A DNA stretch of 64,000 nt from Perna viridis (taxonomy: Eukaryota): NCBI GenBank assembly GCA_037379345.1, contig CM074512.1, positions 59,169,597 through 59,233,596 of the forward strand. Reading direction: 5' to 3'. Below the pieces are notes generated by a model, which was not told the origin of the DNA, did no database searches, and saw only the letters and a list, made by a program, of their open reading frames with translations. The position numbers and the translations under genes are program-made. Shown one piece after another: positions 1-13,800 of the stretch (the first letter of the stretch is position 1; every line of letters starts with the position of its first letter).

Positions 1-1960
1 TTTTTTTTATAAATGTGACTAAGGACATTGGAAAGAACTCTGTCAAGGTGGATGAAAAACACCCAAGCATTTTGAAAATTAATGAAATTTGTATACAGAC
101 AAGAATGCTGATGATATTTGTTTTAACCTATAGATAATTTTGTAGAAAAGCAAAAATATAAATTAGGTATTAAAAACGCCACTGGCTATGATCAAGTGTT
201 ACCAAAGATTTTGAAATTGGCAGAACCAGTTGTTATACAGCCAATTACAAATATGATAAATAAGAATTTATATACTTCTGTTTTTTTTTTCAGATAAGTT
301 AAAGGTTGCAAAAGTTGTACCAGTACATAAAAAGAATAGTGTACTTACAAAAAGTAATTATAGACCTGTCAGTGTTTTACCATTACCATCAATCTTAATT
401 TTTTTTTGAAAGGGCAATTTATATACAAATTATTGGTTTCTTTGAAAATTTCTACAATGATTATTTATCAGATTTTAGAGACGGATATAATTGTCAGGAC
501 ACTTTAATAAAAATATTAGAAGATTGGAGAATAGAGCTGGATAAAAATAAATTTGTTGCTGCAATTTTAATGAACTTATCGAAGAGCGTTTACCTAATAA
601 TCTTTTATTACATGAAATTAAATCATACGGTGTTTCTGATAGTACCCTATCTCTTTTTGATAGTTATTTAAGTAATAGGAAACAATTCGTAAAAAATGGA
701 TCTGATCATAGTACTTTTTATCACTATATAAAGGTGTACCTCAAGGATCAACTCTTGGTCCTTTGCGTTTAAACATGTTCATTAATGACATTTTTAACCA
801 TATTGATGATAGCAACATGTTCAATTGTGTGGATGACAATACCTTGTGTTGCTGAACCTGTAGACAGCCTATTAAATTTTCTTGAAAATGACAGCAAAGT
901 ACTTATCAAATAATTCTGTGACAATCAAATGCAAGCTTATCCAGATAAGTTCCAAGCAATAGCGATTGGCAAAAGACTTTCGATGAAAACATCATTTGAC
1001 CTAGATGGTAACATCATTGAATGTGATGAAGAAGTAAAGCTGTTGGGGGTAACTTTTGATTTTTGTCTAAATTTCAAATCTCAGGTATCAAAAATATGTG
1101 AAAATGCATCTCAACAGCTAAATGTTCTAAAAAGGATTGGAACTCACCAGAACAAGCTTGGCAGATTAATAATATGTCATTCTTTTATCTTATCAAACTT
1201 TACCTACTGTCCACTAGTATAGCATTTTTGTAGTTAGACAAGTACGAAGAGGTTGAATACATTCAGGAAAAAGCACTAAGATTATTTATAATGACCATGT
1301 CAACATATGAACAACTGTTACTTAAGTAAAATACCCCACAACTGAAAAACAACCTTTTAAGATATCAATGGAAATACTCCGACTTACTTAAAAAACCTAA
1401 TTAAACCTAAGAACTCTTCATATTCTTTCAGATATTATAATACAGTAGAACAATCAAGGGTAAGAACCAACAGATATGGCTTACATTCTTTTCAAGTTTG
1501 CTGCCTCGAAATTAAGGAACAATTTACCACAGGAATTCTGGGAAGGGGTGTCTTTGGAGTACTTTAAGAGACTCATTGGAAAGTGGGAGGAGGATGTATG
1601 TAATTTTCGCCGATAGCACATATCTTTTAGACTCTACGACATACTGGGTAGATCATACATGCCTTTGTTATTTACATGCTTTATTTTAGTTTGTATAAAA
1701 TGTTTTTTTTTAGTTTGCTTGTATTTGCATGGCATGCCTTATAGCTTATGTCTGCTTTACTTACGTACGTCTATGTGTTTTATTTGCTTTAAATGTAACG
1801 TTGATTTTAAAAGCTCATTCGGTCTTGTGTTATTTGTACTTGACTTGACTGTGCCGACATCGCTATGTACAAAACAAAACATTTTTCAACTTTTGTCTGA
1901 AGAATTATGATTGATCCTTGTGTTAACATGTTTAAACATACTGAATTAGCGATAATAAAT
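1..1960 (+). mobile_element. Degraded non-LTR retrotransposon (CR1/L2-type LINE) ORF2 RT and C-terminus, plus probable 3' UTR
   Basis: Manual translation across frameshifts and stops gives typical RT-region motifs: KNATGYDQVLPKILK, AKVVPVHKK..NYRPVSVLP, LIKILEDW...AAILMNLSK, SYLSNRKQFV, KGVPQGSTLGP..FINDI, a YADD-like CVDDNT, and MQAYPDKFQAI..VKLLGVTFD..SQQLNVLKRI..ILSNFTYCPLV (ORF 929-1222). The 3' boundary is approximate. Confidence 0.88.
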
Positions 1961-2044
1961 GAGACCACAATAACATGTTTTGAAAACCCACGGAAACCCA
2001 TTGTGCACTACTCTCAGCCGATCTGTTTCTATATTCGTTTTTTA

Positions 2045-2530
2045 TAAAAGGTATCATGGAAAAAGAGAAACAAGTAGCCTAGACCTTCAACGTGAGTTTC
2101 CGTTGCATAGATGATGTGTAATCGTTGAATAACTCTAATATCAGGGATTGCTTTCATTTGACCTTCATCTTTGATTTCAAATTAAAACAGATATACCCTC
2201 TAATTCATACCTAGATCTTCACCTAAACATAGATGATACATGACATTTAATTTAAAATTGAAACTTTAAGACCACTGTGATGATTTTGACTTTTCAGTTG
2301 TAAACTTTCTCTTTCTTACTAAGCGATTACTAACACTTCCACCCTATTTAGTAAACATTTTACAGTTGATTATTATGGTCATGCATGTGATCTGTATACA
2401 GACTTTTTTAGTAGAGCCAAGATGCTGTCATATCAGTTTTTAAACAGGGTTATGTTCAGCCTTTGTTGTTACTTTACTTAAAAATTTATATGCTGGTCAT
2501 CACTATTTAGTGGACTGATATGATGTTATA
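2045..2530 (+). mobile_element. Degenerate Penelope-like element (PLE) RT/thumb fragment
   Basis: Broken frames give TFNVSFRCIDDV*SLNN, YLDLHLNID, DDFDFSVVNFLF, YTDFFSRAKMLS, QGY and KIYMLVITI-like segments, in the order seen in invertebrate PLE RT C-termini. Confidence 0.7.
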
Positions 2531-3639
2531 ATTGCACAGATGTTACTGAATTGACAATACACCTAACTTGAGACTTACAATATTTTACTTGCTTGCAATG
2601 TGAAAGGTACAGCAACTTCATTGTGTATATAGATTGCCTGTTTCCTGGTTTAGGTCATGTACTTGGTTTTGATGTCTGAAATGTCCTTCCATTTTGATAT
2701 TTTGGTGTATTATTTTGTTGATATTTATATTGCCATTTTTTGTAAATGAGAGTGTTGTCAAATGATTCCTTTCACATTATGAGTGCTGGGAAACTTCCAT
2801 GATCGTTCTAGATGCCTATTATAATACTGTGATCAGAAACAAAACAATTAAGTCCAAGAAGCTACCACATTTATTAATGTATCACAAACTTAACAACAAC
2901 AAAAATATTATGGCAATCACATGATCTTAGGTATGACTACTGTCTATAATCAAGGATTTTGTAGAAATTATAAAATGTACATTAATCATCCTGAATCTCC
3001 TATTTTACAGATTTAAAAAAAAAATCAATTTCTGTACCCCTTAAACAATCTTTCTTTTTGATTTCCATTTTATTTATGTGTACTTGATTTAATCAGCATT
3101 ATCAAGAATTAAAGTTTTATTTAGCAATTCCTAAAACTATTTGTTCTCCTTGACAATTGTAAAAGTACTTTAAGATAAATCTATGCTTGCAAGCCAAATT
3201 TTGCACACAAAATTATCAATGAAAAGAAAGGAGCTGCATTACATTACATACATCTATAAACAAATCATACATTTTAAATGCTTACCAGTATATTAAAAAA
3301 GAAAATTATTAAAAAAAGAAGTAAGGTATATACGTACTGTTTGTTATGGATATAATATGCATCCTTAACTAGATAAACAAACAAAAAGAAAAGAAAATAG
3401 TTAGGCAACAAAGTGTTCACAAAGGCATACTGTGAACTGACTATACCAGATAAATATTGCAGGTAAGATAATAAATTTTATTTTGATTTGTTTGGTCTTT
3501 AAGTTTTATGATTTTATTCCTACTATGCACACCATCACATAATGAAACAAGATTTTCTGTTTGTACTGTTGTTACAATTCCTATGTAAAAATTAACTAAG
3601 TGGCTTATGGACAATCATACTCAAATCAACCTTGTAGTG

Positions 3640-3785
3640 TTTTCCCATTTCTATTTTCTTATTGTTTTCCCCTTTCTGTCTCCCTGTTGTTTTCCCTTTT
3701 CTGTGTCTGTATTATTCCCCTGTCTGTCTCCCTGTTGTCTTCCCCTTTCTGTCTCCTTGTTGTTTTCCCTTTTCTGTCTCCTTAT
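3640..3785. repeat. Low-complexity pyrimidine-rich degenerate tandem repeat (CTGTCTCCCTGTTGTTTTCCC-like)
   Basis: The motif ctgtctcc(c/t)tgttgt(t/c)ttccc recurs several times and explains ORFs 3600-3797 and 3607-3801. Confidence 0.7.
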
Positions 3786-4550
3786 AGTGAAGGATAGATA
3801 GAGAAAATCTCCTTATTCCACAATAATATCAAAATATAGAAAAAAGGTATTAGAGAGTAAGTATTAATTTGTATCATATGATATCATTTTTTTTAATCTG
3901 GATAGGGAGGATTAGAGAAATTGTGTAGAAAATTAAGTTTTTTTACTATTTTATTTTGCAAAACATACATTTCGTCACTTATAGTGCTCATCTAAATGTG
4001 AAACTTCTTTCAGTTATTAATTCAATGATAATTCTCAAGACCCTCCTTCAAAGCACTAGTTTTCAGTCCAAGGTCTTGCCTTGTTCATTCAATCTGAAAT
4101 CCAGCACCTCTAAAAATGAAATGTTTACTCAATATCATGACTTTGAACACAATCAACCTTCAAAATGACAATTTTCTGATTACTACATACACTTTTGTAA
4201 GTGCTAAACCAATGCAAATTAGATATTACAAGAAGTTTACTTTATCAAGCCATATCAAGTTCAATGACAGATTCTTATTGCCATTTGTATTTAAGAAAGT
4301 AACCCTAAGGTAAGGGACACAACTCTTACAAATAATTGGAATGTCTGTATTCAGCATTAGACATCAATCTCATTTAAGCATCAAAGTAACTTGGACTTAT
4401 TTCATTCTGTTTCAAATGAAAGCTTGATAGGCTTTGGTGAAATTGAATTCGATAAAACATATCACTGATTTCAAGAGTTATGTCCCTTACCCTAGGTCCA
4501 CCACCTTAAAAGAAACACATGACCAGAACAATATCCAATCAGAATTTATC

Positions 4551-4888
4551 TTACATATTTGTATCTCTATTATCTTCGATATCACCTACCACACCACTTT
4601 CACAACTTTCTATGCAGGAATTACTACGGTACATTGACTTAGTATGGCTTCCTTCATTTACTTTCCAACAGTCATTAGCATTGGACACTAAATAAATCAT
4701 ACACTTAGGAAGACGACTAGTTTTCACGAGGTAATAAATAGTTATTCTAATGAACATATGACTTATAAGCATAAGACATGCATAAATAAACAAAATATAA
4801 CATGTATTAAACAGAATCTGTCGTAATGTACTGACAAGGGGAACTAACTCTGAGTGAAGATAATGTATGAACAGGCCTTCATCCATTT
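4551..4888 (-). CDS. Terminal coding exon: last TM helix and cytoplasmic tail
   Basis: Acceptor cttctttttcag|AA (phase 1). Encodes EMDEGLFIHYLHSELVPLVSTLRQILFNTCYILFIYACLMLISHMFIRITIYYLV...DNRDTNM*. Confidence 0.88.
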
Positions 4889-7800
4889 CTGAAAAAGAAG
4901 TATTAAAAATTAGAACAATGTAACATGAACTAAAAAGGTCAAGATGTACAAAAATATTCATAACATGGATGTTTTTTAAATTCTCACATTCTAAAAATTA
5001 TCACAATTTGGACTTGTACATGTAATACACATTTTTTCTGTCATAAAGTGAATACTTTTTTTAAAACAGTTTCTAAAAAGTATTCAATTATTACATGCTT
5101 GAGGTGTATGGATATATTGTTAATACTGGAATATAAGAAGTGAAGAATTTCCAAACATACATGTACATGTACATCAAAAAGTCCTTTATCTGTAAGGTTT
5201 TAGTAAAAATTGCACTAAAACATGAAATGGCAGATAACCTATACATATGCTATTACCTCTAAATGGTGAGGTAGACACAGGTAGAAAGTTACATGAGGTA
5301 ACAAGTTCTTGGACCTTCAATGTAAACAATGAACAGGCACTATCATCACTGGCCAGTGTACACACTCCTACAAGTATTTTCTGTAAAACCTCATTCTGCA
5401 AAACAATTAATGTACTTATAATATATCAAACTAGTATGGAGAACATAACTTTTAACTTTGAACATAATCCACAAAATGTTTATACAAAATGTTATACACA
5501 ATTCTTTGATGAAAATTTGAGGCATATTTACAAATTTATATAAAAATTGTATGTTTGATTTAACTTCTCCTGAAATATTATTTAATCTATTCACAACAAA
5601 AACTATATTCACTGGATTTTGAATTTAAGTCTAGGTGCACTTAAATCACTACAGTATACTCGGGAAAATGTCAAAAATTTTAATAGCCTTTTCAACATTA
5701 AATCATTCAACAAATATGAACAAAAATGAACGTGCAATATAATAATACAATTTAATAAATTTGCTAAAAAAAAAAAAAAAACAAAAACCAAGACTAATAT
5801 ATTACCTGTGCAGCAACAGTATTGGTCAGGAAGCTGTTAATTGCTAACACCTCAGAATCAACAATCAATTTGTATTCTTTCAATATACTGTTAAGGTCAG
5901 AGGTCACATCAGTTAACAGTCTATTTGTGATATCAACTTGCCTATGTAACTGTGGAATGATTGATTTTGTGTCTATGAGAAATGTTGCAGTTTTTATAGA
6001 AACCAGGTCTGATGTAGCCTTAGTTACCAAACAAATGACTAATATGAAAGCACCGACTAGAACAAATCTCCATAAAATGGGGGCAATAAGATGCTTGTAA
6101 AGAAATGACAAAGCTTTCAGAGCATTTCTCAACACAGCTGAGTCTGGCTCCTTTTCATTATAAGAGCGTCTCTTTTCCTTCAGTTTCTTAGTCCAAATGT
6201 CACGTAAAATTTCTTGTTTTGACTTTTGAGCGGTGTTGGCATATAACTGAATAGGTTCATTTTTGTTATAAAACACATCATCTTTGTTCTCAGAATAAAA
6301 ATCATATGGATTTTCAAGTGAAGCATTTTCATATTTACGGTTGTTATTCCCTGTTTGCCAAAACTGAATTCTTTCTGCTACATGATCAGTTGGAACTTTT
6401 ATGTCCATTCCATTTTTAGCTTTCTTCAGAGTTTTTGACAGCCAAACAAATCTATATGAAAGCATTAAAACATCCATTGAAATGAAGAAACAAATAAATA
6501 CTGGTAAAAGAATATCTCTCATTCGGTCAATCATTTTCGCTTTTGTATCCATGCTGTCAGCTTGAGGCTCCATAAACTGCTCATTTTCAGTGTCAGAAGA
6601 ATTGGTTGGCAACCAGATTGCCTCCCCTTGTTCTAAAATCTGGAATCCAAATCTATACCCAACTGTTGGTTCCAGTTTTTCCTTTGGTAAAATTACTGAT
6701 TTTTTTGGAGAAGTTTTCATTTCATCTGGTTTCAAGCCAGACATAGAATTCTGAAGCCTGAAAAAAAAAAGAGATTATAATTTCAATACATGTAATAGTA
6801 AATTACTGTCAAACATGAAATATAACATAGAAGGAATACCTCGTCTAACCTTGTTTGGGAGACATGAATAAATTTATATAATCAGACTTGGTCTTATCAT
6901 GATTTTGAAGCTTTGTGAATTGTAAATAATGGAATATTTTCATATACAAGTACCTGTTAACAAATCAGTGAAAATTTATGACAATGAAAATGATTTATTA
7001 TAGTAATTTCTCTTCTTTTCATCGATATACTGGTTAGGTTTGAAAACAAGAACAAGGAGTATATCATTGGCTATACTAAACTTTTTTCTACCAGTAATTG
7101 AAATTACAAATGTAATTGGTTGAAATTGTTTGTATAATGTTTTATCTCCAAATAAGAAGTTATATACATATATATAATATGTTTTGTATCAATATTATAT
7201 ATTTAATAAGACAATTAAGAAGACATGGTCACAGAATTAAAATGAAGACTTTCATTAATCAATTTTTGTAATAATAAGATAATACAAAAATATTGTCCTG
7301 ATGCAAGTAAGGTTACTTGTATAGATACATATAACACACCACATACCTGTTCATTATATTATGTTTTACATTCAAAACCTCCTCCACGCCATCTATTTCC
7401 AACCACTTCATAAAATCTTTCAAGCCTTCAAATGTATGTTCGGAGTCCTCGACAACTTGTTGATCAATAAATTTATCTTTTGGAAATTTTAGCCAAGCAT
7501 TGTCTCTAAAGTTCTTTAAGAGCTCAATATAGTTCTGTTGTACATGGCTAAAGTGACCAACAAGAACTTCTGATGTTTCCTTATAGAACTTTTCTAATTT
7601 TGATGAAATCAAATTGTATTTTTCTGATAGGCTATTATTGACCACCTTGTCTAAAATTCCTTCCTTCTGGTACAGACTCAGTAATATCTTTTTAATGTCT
7701 TGTTGAACAGCATGTTTAATCTTATCAATGTTCTCTTTCATATGTTCAGAACATGCTCTCAAGCGACGAAAGGTTTGATTAAATGCAGTGTTCAGTTCAG

Positions 7801-10800
7801 TTTCTTCATACTTGTTAATTTTTGACATGTGATTTCCAACTGATTCATGAATTTTTGCACTAGTGTTAGATACTATTGTCAAGTTTCCAACAAGAGGTCC
7901 CTGAACTATGTAGAACACAGCCAGCATCATTGAAAATGTAAAGAAAATAGCATAAACTACATACAAAGTACACAAGGTACAAAATACACTTTTTGACACC
8001 GGTTTTGAAAATAAGGTCAAGGTCAAAGGTTGGTTGACATTTCTTTCATCATCCTTGGCACCAATATATGTTGTAGTGTCTGGACTGATGGTCTTTTTTA
8101 CCTCTGAACTCCTGACAGGTTTCATCCTGTAGATGACCAAAAGAGCCACAATAAATGCAGCAAATATTACACAAGTGAAAATAAAGGTGACAATAATTGG
8201 TATCCATGGATACTGGTATATGTTGCTTTTAGTTTCAGTCAGTGCATACTCTGTAGGTGGATAAAACGGGGGATGAAGAATGGACAGCAAAACATGGTGA
8301 CTGACATAAGAATCGTTAATACAGGCCACAAATACATTTGGTAGATCTGTATAAGGTGTTTTGAAGTCAAAAGTCAAATGAAAATCTTCAGGACATTTGA
8401 CAAAGATATCATATGTTCCTAATTTACTCTCCATGAATTGATCAAATACATCCACTGTGAAATATCCTGGGCAAATCTCTAGTTTTCCTGAAATAAAATT
8501 ATAACACATAGTGGAAATAGCTTATTTCATTTAAAGTTATTCCAATAAGGGTTTAACATATTTGTAATAGCCTTTCTGTTTTAAATCTACTGGTATAAGT
8601 TTTCTGAGATGATTTGCTCGAGCAAAACACAAGGATACAGATACTAAACTATTCTACAAAGTAACAAACTTTGACTTCAAAAGATATAGATAAAGGGAAA
8701 GAAAAGTATGACAAATTTTACATTTTACAGATTGTGAGTTGTTTTGTCATACAAGAGTTTAAAATATACCCTGAAGTTGGATTGTCCATTTCTCTGATTT
8801 GTAATTCCATGTAACAGTACCAGAAAGGGACCTCCCTAACACAGATGTTTTATGTATATCATCTTGGAAATATTTCAGGATGGAGGAGTTGGCTGAAATT
8901 TAAAAAAAAAATTCATATCACTTAAAAGCTTTAACTTCAGTAAATGAAAGTACACGTATAACAAATGAACAGTGTGATTTATCTGGAAATTTATGATATG
9001 ATGTATTAAGAGGAAATCAGATCTTAATGGAAAAAAAAAAAAATCATCATCTTTAGGCTATACAATTATACATCCAACTAGACCGATTTGCATACAGTTC
9101 TAAAACATGATCATGCAAACCATTTCAATACATTACTTACAGACAGACACTCTAACATAAGCTGGCACATCAGCATTAGCAGTTTGGTACTCAAATCCAG
9201 CTCCAGTTGGTGTGATGGAGGGCTCCACCTTGATTCTGGATGGTAAATACAATGGCTGAGGTGGGTAAATGGTGGAAAAATTCTTCTCTAAGCATCCACC
9301 TTTATTAAAACTTTTTGTACTGTACAACAATGGCCTTTCAACCTGAACATGAGTTGAATAAATGTTTATATCACTGTCCATAGATCTGTGTTGTCTGATG
9401 TTGAACTTCTTCCTCATGTTGAACTGGGTTGGCTGTTTAATTCCATGTATTGTATATTTAGTTGCCAACTTGTCTCTGTAATTAGTCCCCATTAAAATGA
9501 TCTCATCATTGATCTCTGGAAAGGCATTATGGGTTGTTTTGATAAATTCAGAGTGAAACTCTCCTCTCTCATTAAATGATTTGTCTCCTTTTGCAAATTT
9601 TGTCCTTTCCTTAAATGTGTATCCGATTTTAGGCATGCTAACAGTGTAGTCTATCTGGTATAAGTGTGGAGGAGCTTGGTATTTCATATGACACAGAAAT
9701 CTGTCTTCTATTGTAGAGAAAACTGGCACAATTTCAAAAATGTGCAAATCACCTGAAATATCAGAAGATTTCAATAAAAAATACTTTTCAACTGGTTTTC
9801 AAAGATACTTGAGAAGTATCAAAATAGTACCAAAAGGTTTCTGGTAACAAAATGATCTGTATTTTACCAATACTTTACTAACTATTCTGTTTCTGTTTAA
9901 ATTTGAAGAGACAACACAAAAACAAAACATAACTAGGACAAAGATAAAACTTTAGAAGGAATCTCAGTGAGTTTTTTTTTACAATATGATAAATATGATA
10001 TGAAAAATGCACAATTTGTTGACAATGATTTTATTTACAACCATCAGAATAAACAGATAGAAACAAAGTCATATTCTAATTTTGATCCCTTGATTTAGCA
10101 TTTGTTGCATCTTTCTTTATGCCTATATCAAAATCGTTCCATAGAAAAATGTAGACAGCAAATAATTCCAAAGAAATGTAAACCTCTCTTATCACCTTTA
10201 GATAGAAAGTCATTTTTCAAAACATACAATTTTGTGTCTTCCTAAGGTGATGCTATATAACCTATCAGGAAAATGTCAAAATAAACTGATTAGAGTACAC
10301 AACAAATACATCTTGGTGCAAGTATTCTTATTTGCATCAACAAAAATTAACTAAACATTGAGGGACTAATAACCCCAACAGCCTTTTGTTGCCATTTCTA
10401 AAACACTCAATTCCAAACCAAAATCACAACACATCAGACAAAGTTTTGCTGCAAAAATGCATAATTTCAATGAGCCTGTCACTTCTACATTTTTTGCCAA
10501 AGCATAACTTCCTGACAATGTACACATTATGATAATCTAACACCCCATTAAGTTTCATAAGAATTCTGCAAGTTGGTGTAGAAAAGCTGCAGACAACACA
10601 TTAAACCAAGTTTTGATGAAAAATACCTAAGTTCAACAGCCTTCATTTCTACATTTTTTTTCCAAACATAAATTCCCAAGAGTATGTATATCTCCATGTA
10701 GTTATATGGCATCCAATAAAGTTTCATGACAATGCAGCAAGCTGCTAAAAAATAGTATGAACAGACAGACTGACAGAGTTAAACCTATAAATCCCCCAAA

Positions 10801-13800
10801 CTTTGTTTACAGGGGGTATAAAAATGGTGTTTATATTTGGTTTCTATGATTTCTAATTTAAAACTTTTAGTAGCATCATTTGGTTAAATGCAGAATATGA
10901 CAAAAATGAACAATGACCTTATCTCAATTTGGCAAATTGTATGAAGTTACACCACTCCACTTACCTGTAGCACATTCCACCTGTTTTATTGGGCAGGCAT
11001 CACTGAAGGCAACCTGACAACTTTTTTCTGTGTAGCAGTTTATATCACAACACTGACCTGGATCAGGTAAATGATAATGCAGAGGGATGAACATAACTTT
11101 GGTCAACAAGTCTAACTAATCATAAATATAATTTCTGATATTCTTTAAACTTAGACCAAAATCTAAATATATTTATTTTAAAAATATAACATCAAGTTGA
11201 ATATGGTTACAATTTTGTCCACTTCACTGCGCTGGCACATTTAATTCCTTCTCATATAATTTATAAAGAAAAAAGTCAGCTTTATTATGTAAAGGTTGGC
11301 ACTTGACAACTTAGTTTAAGTAAAATACAAATTAAATGAAATATACTGGTACATCTAATAATAACTTGTAATATATATGCAATCTCTTAATCAACATTTT
11401 TATTCCTTGTATTAAAACTATAAATCTATATGTTACTAAAAAACAAACCAACCTTCGTAATTCTTACACTTAGGATACTTCAAACAGCGCTGACATGCTT
11501 CAACATTAGTCCTACAATGGTCCGAGGGGAAGGTCTGAGTGCTGATATCATCCAGTGACATACCAAATGTTTTGGTAAATAATTTGGTGCTATGTGGACA
11601 TATAATAAAATTGTTTTTAGTTGACCCAGCAAATCTATTGAGAGACTGTTGCTGAAAAAGAATAAACACTTTTCAGGTGTCATCCTGTATAAGGATATTT
11701 CTTTTTATTACTTTTCAAGGAATATCTATACATTTGCTATGACAATCAACAATATACAATAATCATGTTTCACAAATGTAGTTAAGAAAAAGAACATAGA
11801 AAATACCAATAATTCTAATATAAGTAAAATAAAGGGTTATATATTTTTATATTGATGTAAACTCCATACATCTTCAAGATAACACATGTTTAATTGTTGT
11901 ATAATGGGGGAAGCTTCTATTCAATAGGAGATATTCTTACTTTTATCTTCATACTTCAATGCAGTTGGATTCATTTAAATAGTCGCCTGAATATAGCTGA
12001 AATATTGCTGCTTGGGCATTAACCCCAACAATCAATCAATAAATCATTTAAATAGCATATATATTTCACAGAATAAAGCCCATGCCTTGTAGATTTTTTC
12101 ATATCCTGTATAGCAGAGCCTGTAAGCTGAGTGAATAAAAAGTGAATGAGGAAAAGGCTATAGGTCTGTGGACGAGATTGGATATTTCAAAGCTCTTGAA
12201 AAATTGGCAGACATTAAAAAGCTTTCTTAGCAGAATATAAACAGTATTCAAATTTACAAAAAAGTATTTTCATGTAAATTTTTGTCAAAACTAAAGCTTT
12301 AAACTAAATTTGTAGAGATTATGACTCACTTTGGATCTATCATTAGTATGAGGACATTCCTGCTCAATGGACCGATGCAGAAATATCTCACCATCTTTAA
12401 ACCAGGATGGGCATTGTGGGATACTGGGGTCATTAGAATTACATTTGACCTCTGCAGCAGCAGATGAGTGGTTTCTAATGATAAATAAAGTTATCTTGTA
12501 TTTGTCTGGTATTTGATTCCTGAAAGAAAGATAAAAACAAATATTTGTTTGATGTCAATTATCTTATTTGGTTGAAGGTTAGAATTTTCTAGCAAGCCTA
12601 TCTACTAGTTTTTTTACACACAAGTTCCAACATTTTTATCATAATGAAGATTTATACATCATGGTTTTGAAAAAAAAAAAAAAAAAATTTAATGTTTATT
12701 ACGGTAGGTTTTAGTGCATAATCAGTGATGTTAATTACAACAGAGGCAGTGATAACATATTGTGAAGTTTTGATTCAATAATAACCGGTAGATCAATTAT
12801 CAAACTGCTGAAAATGTTTGGTGAGACCTGACATATTAATGCTAAATACATTTTAAATCACACTTCTTATGGTATTTACAAGAAGGCATAAACCTCTAAA
12901 CCTCAAAAGAAATGATAAAAATAATCATCATGACTTACCTGCAAAAATCTTTCCTGATAGCCCCGTAGAAATCTTTACTACTCTGGTTTTGGAAGTTATC
13001 CTTCATTAAGAAGTCTAATTCATCCTCATGGTCCAGATCTATATACGTAGGTATCAAGTATAGATTGGACACTTGTACTTTAACATTCAGACCAGCTCGA
13101 TCAAACTGAAATGACTGGATCTGTGCATTGTTAGGAATATACATTCCCTGTTGCATTACTTTCAGTTTTCCAAGTTTTTCATGGAACACATTATCTGATG
13201 CTGTCAAACTTACATTAGAGTTATCTGAAAAGAAATAAAAAAACATTTTAAAGTACTATACATGATTTGGTTTCAATTTATATGTACAAAGTACATTGAT
13301 CCGCTTTTTGCCAATATTTTGTTGTAGTTTAAAGTGAACTTTTCCATATCTGTTCGTTTGTGATAAGTTTTCCATTTTTTTTGGTTTCTTTTTTCATGTT
13401 TTTAAAATATTTTTAGCAATAATGCAAACAATAATGAAAACCATAATACATATAAATGAAAACTGCCCATTCCAAAACAAAAGAATATTACCAGATTGTG
13501 TGATCTGCCTATTCCAATTTACACTGTTAACTGGAAATGCAGCTCCAATACAGATTGTATCTTGAGTACTGCTACATGCTGCTACTTCATAAGAGGACCC
13601 TGAACATGTAGAACATGGACGACAAATCACATCACTGTAGGCTGTACAGGCTCGTGACATGTAGTAACCTTCTTTACAGGATGTGGAACAAGCTACAAAA
13701 AATATTAAAATTAATAACAGACAGAACTATTTGTTCCATGTATCAGTAATATTCATATTCAAGTCCCCCTCATTAAATTATTTATCATCAGCTATGATTT

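Noticed and set aside
5822-6100. Plus-strand ORFs at 5822-6100 and 5247-5543
   Set aside because: They are antisense shadows of real minus-strand exons.
13492-13692. Calling the gene a TNF receptor/EDAR/NGFR orthologue or an adhesion GPCR
   Set aside because: No death domain or single-pass topology, and no GPS motif or 7-TM bundle, so no gene symbol was assigned.
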